DNA of 64,000 nucleotides from a virus (Duplodnaviria; Caudoviricetes): IMG/VR virus record IMGVR_UViG_3300048670_000735, positions 1 to 64,000 of that record; one strand, 5' to 3'. Shown piece by piece: positions 63,701 to 64,000 of this stretch (position 1 is its first letter; each line of letters starts with the position of its first letter). The notes under the pieces were generated by a model. It saw only the letters and a program-made list of their open reading frames with translations, ran no database searches and was not told where the DNA came from. The position numbers and the translations under genes were made by a program.

Positions 63701-64000
63701 AATAGTGGTGCATTTGCCTCCCTAGCAAACGGAGAAGAAAAAACATTTACTGTTGTGGGAGACTTTATTGTTCCTTCAGATCCCTTTGAATATATTGATC
63801 CAGATTTAACAGACGTAGACAAACAAGAACAAGTAGGCTTCGAGTCTACCTGGATACAAAGAGAAACAGAAGCTAGGGATTTAGCAAAATGGATGACCGA
63901 GCAATGGTCTAAGCAGCAAAGAGTTGTCTCTCTTGAAACATTTATAAACCCATTAATTCAAATAGGAGATATAGTTGAGATTTCTTATCCAGAAAACAAA
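60755..64000 (+). CDS. large minor tail/baseplate hub protein, truncated at window end (MLTASSNVLN...)
   Basis: TAATG coupling at 60755; absent from the ORF track, consistent with no stop before the window end; ends ...NPLIQIGDIVEISYPENK. Confidence 0.8.
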   Translation, partial: MLTASSNVLNAINKSTSILITNGCLLEYNMNDIIQGTSVTAPEGVLTASLTAPADQGGYTYKPFEKLFPLKSIIDPRRPKSAGIQYMIAGDPSVATTLSSGVGSRDTYASSKEFSKRLYFSSIKTAYKYWVTPKASGNSLSNCILSLTYPAAKKAVSNKITIKFEVSHSKPTSWNVKLVNLTGAESTIYTGTTCPDSGIVNIYYNGSAWTETEPSSPAVGVDLSGLKLQVNSISTSGGYLGVIEMSARYVVDVTQRLESFTISQSASDSVDGIVPVGSVTANSISLNLNSYDRVCENYDKAMVFDKNKINLYKNVIVKPYVTIESEKINLGVYYLDSSDLSEFGDVSITALDGAKELQFIKPPDTVTKDMSSVAIIRRLLDSVGFTNYKFNVSETDTATITPAYWYTDPNKTVWEHIQDLCKDTQMVAVFDHNDILQFYPRDYIFAKNKSPQISFRYNAKSDKLANIASLSVETVPSAKAVKVLYSPQLSSSYDISSKDILYSSPVVSLGAAALTRDLLPSSPAEGTLGTEDYAPLGVVYLEPVVVSGQEKQLYSYGGYLVVEKEIIEYDAIQYQYQDINDSSVKYKWMKSESDVQKSQGLSKPNTFKPTGKYRIKARNVFNVVSSTDTASLTHTVNTDTLAAEWEGKKWDSAAGTITSDQSVFTLKEVVASTGNNLFNPIPKSMMTLFAPNSTTVVNPDKTLPNSYKPNTVYSMATTNAKYLSGESFVIGTNMYFPLVKDPKTQQGTGEQRVTSGLAFSLSSDNRSGYLLTVSTSQNSNGEKNYRDVNFYKIVDGKPVSMTNSQKDTDGTIITNINGGQLYRIDIRANYSKPAGGTTKVLALKILINNKTFVVVDSNPLNITEKIGLLSLQGISAFDYVYSSSISSANFLANNSFNLYKGFLGGESSVVKNFGDFIFDQGKKIESPSWIKEFGPVARELKRIQTRYTTPGFPKYSQLVNNPDVTIVGESIDSFTMDIFAMNNSGAFASLANGEEKTFTVVGDFIVPSDPFEYIDPDLTDVDKQEQVGFESTWIQRETEARDLAKWMTEQWSKQQRVVSLETFINPLIQIGDIVEISYPENK

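Noticed and set aside
18858-63822. Numerous short antisense or alternate-frame ORFs inside RNR, fibre, capsid, TMP and tail genes
   Set aside because: Fully overlap well-supported genes, have no RBS or promoter context, and show typical shadow-frame composition.
1-64000. Alternative genetic code (stop-codon reassignment)
   Set aside because: Long genes are intact in code 11; TAA, TAG and TGA all end genes, and neither tRNA is a suppressor.

Overview
A 64-kb segment of a large, AT-rich, long-tailed (siphovirus-type) dsDNA phage. The host is most likely an actinobacterium, inferred from the promoter motifs, leaderless genes and GAAAGG ribosome-binding sites; the gene set resembles large freshwater actinophages. 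(1) 1-9.7 kb is a minus-strand early-type region of about 35 small, mostly translationally coupled ORFs plus tRNA-Asp. Its intergenic DNA is highly structured: 12 copies of TGTCAG-N10-TAnnnT (the actinobacterial PafBC/RecA-NDp DNA-damage promoter architecture), 10 CRP/GlxR-type TGTGA-N6-TCACA boxes mostly in helical phase with those promoters, 5 copies of a fixed-spacing tripartite element (two carrying DnaA boxes), and several candidate structured RNAs. (2) 9.8-21 kb holds accessory enzymes (2OG-Fe(II) oxygenases, four sulfotransferase-like domains, a flavin-dependent halogenase), tRNA-Ile(UAU), a lytic transglycosylase, a class II ribonucleotide reductase and a holin-like protein with an EF-hand loop. 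(3) 21-43.5 kb encodes fibre/appendage proteins. Two of them end in 11 PPxF(F/W) repeats, and each is followed by 2OG-Fe(II) oxygenase genes. (4) 43.5-64 kb is the head and tail module: portal, protease/scaffold, major capsid, neck, tail tube, frameshifted tail chaperones, a 2497-aa tape measure protein carrying an embedded ADP-ribosyltransferase-like domain, Dit, and a tail protein truncated by the window end. All protein assignments come from motif recognition by eye; no database search was run.
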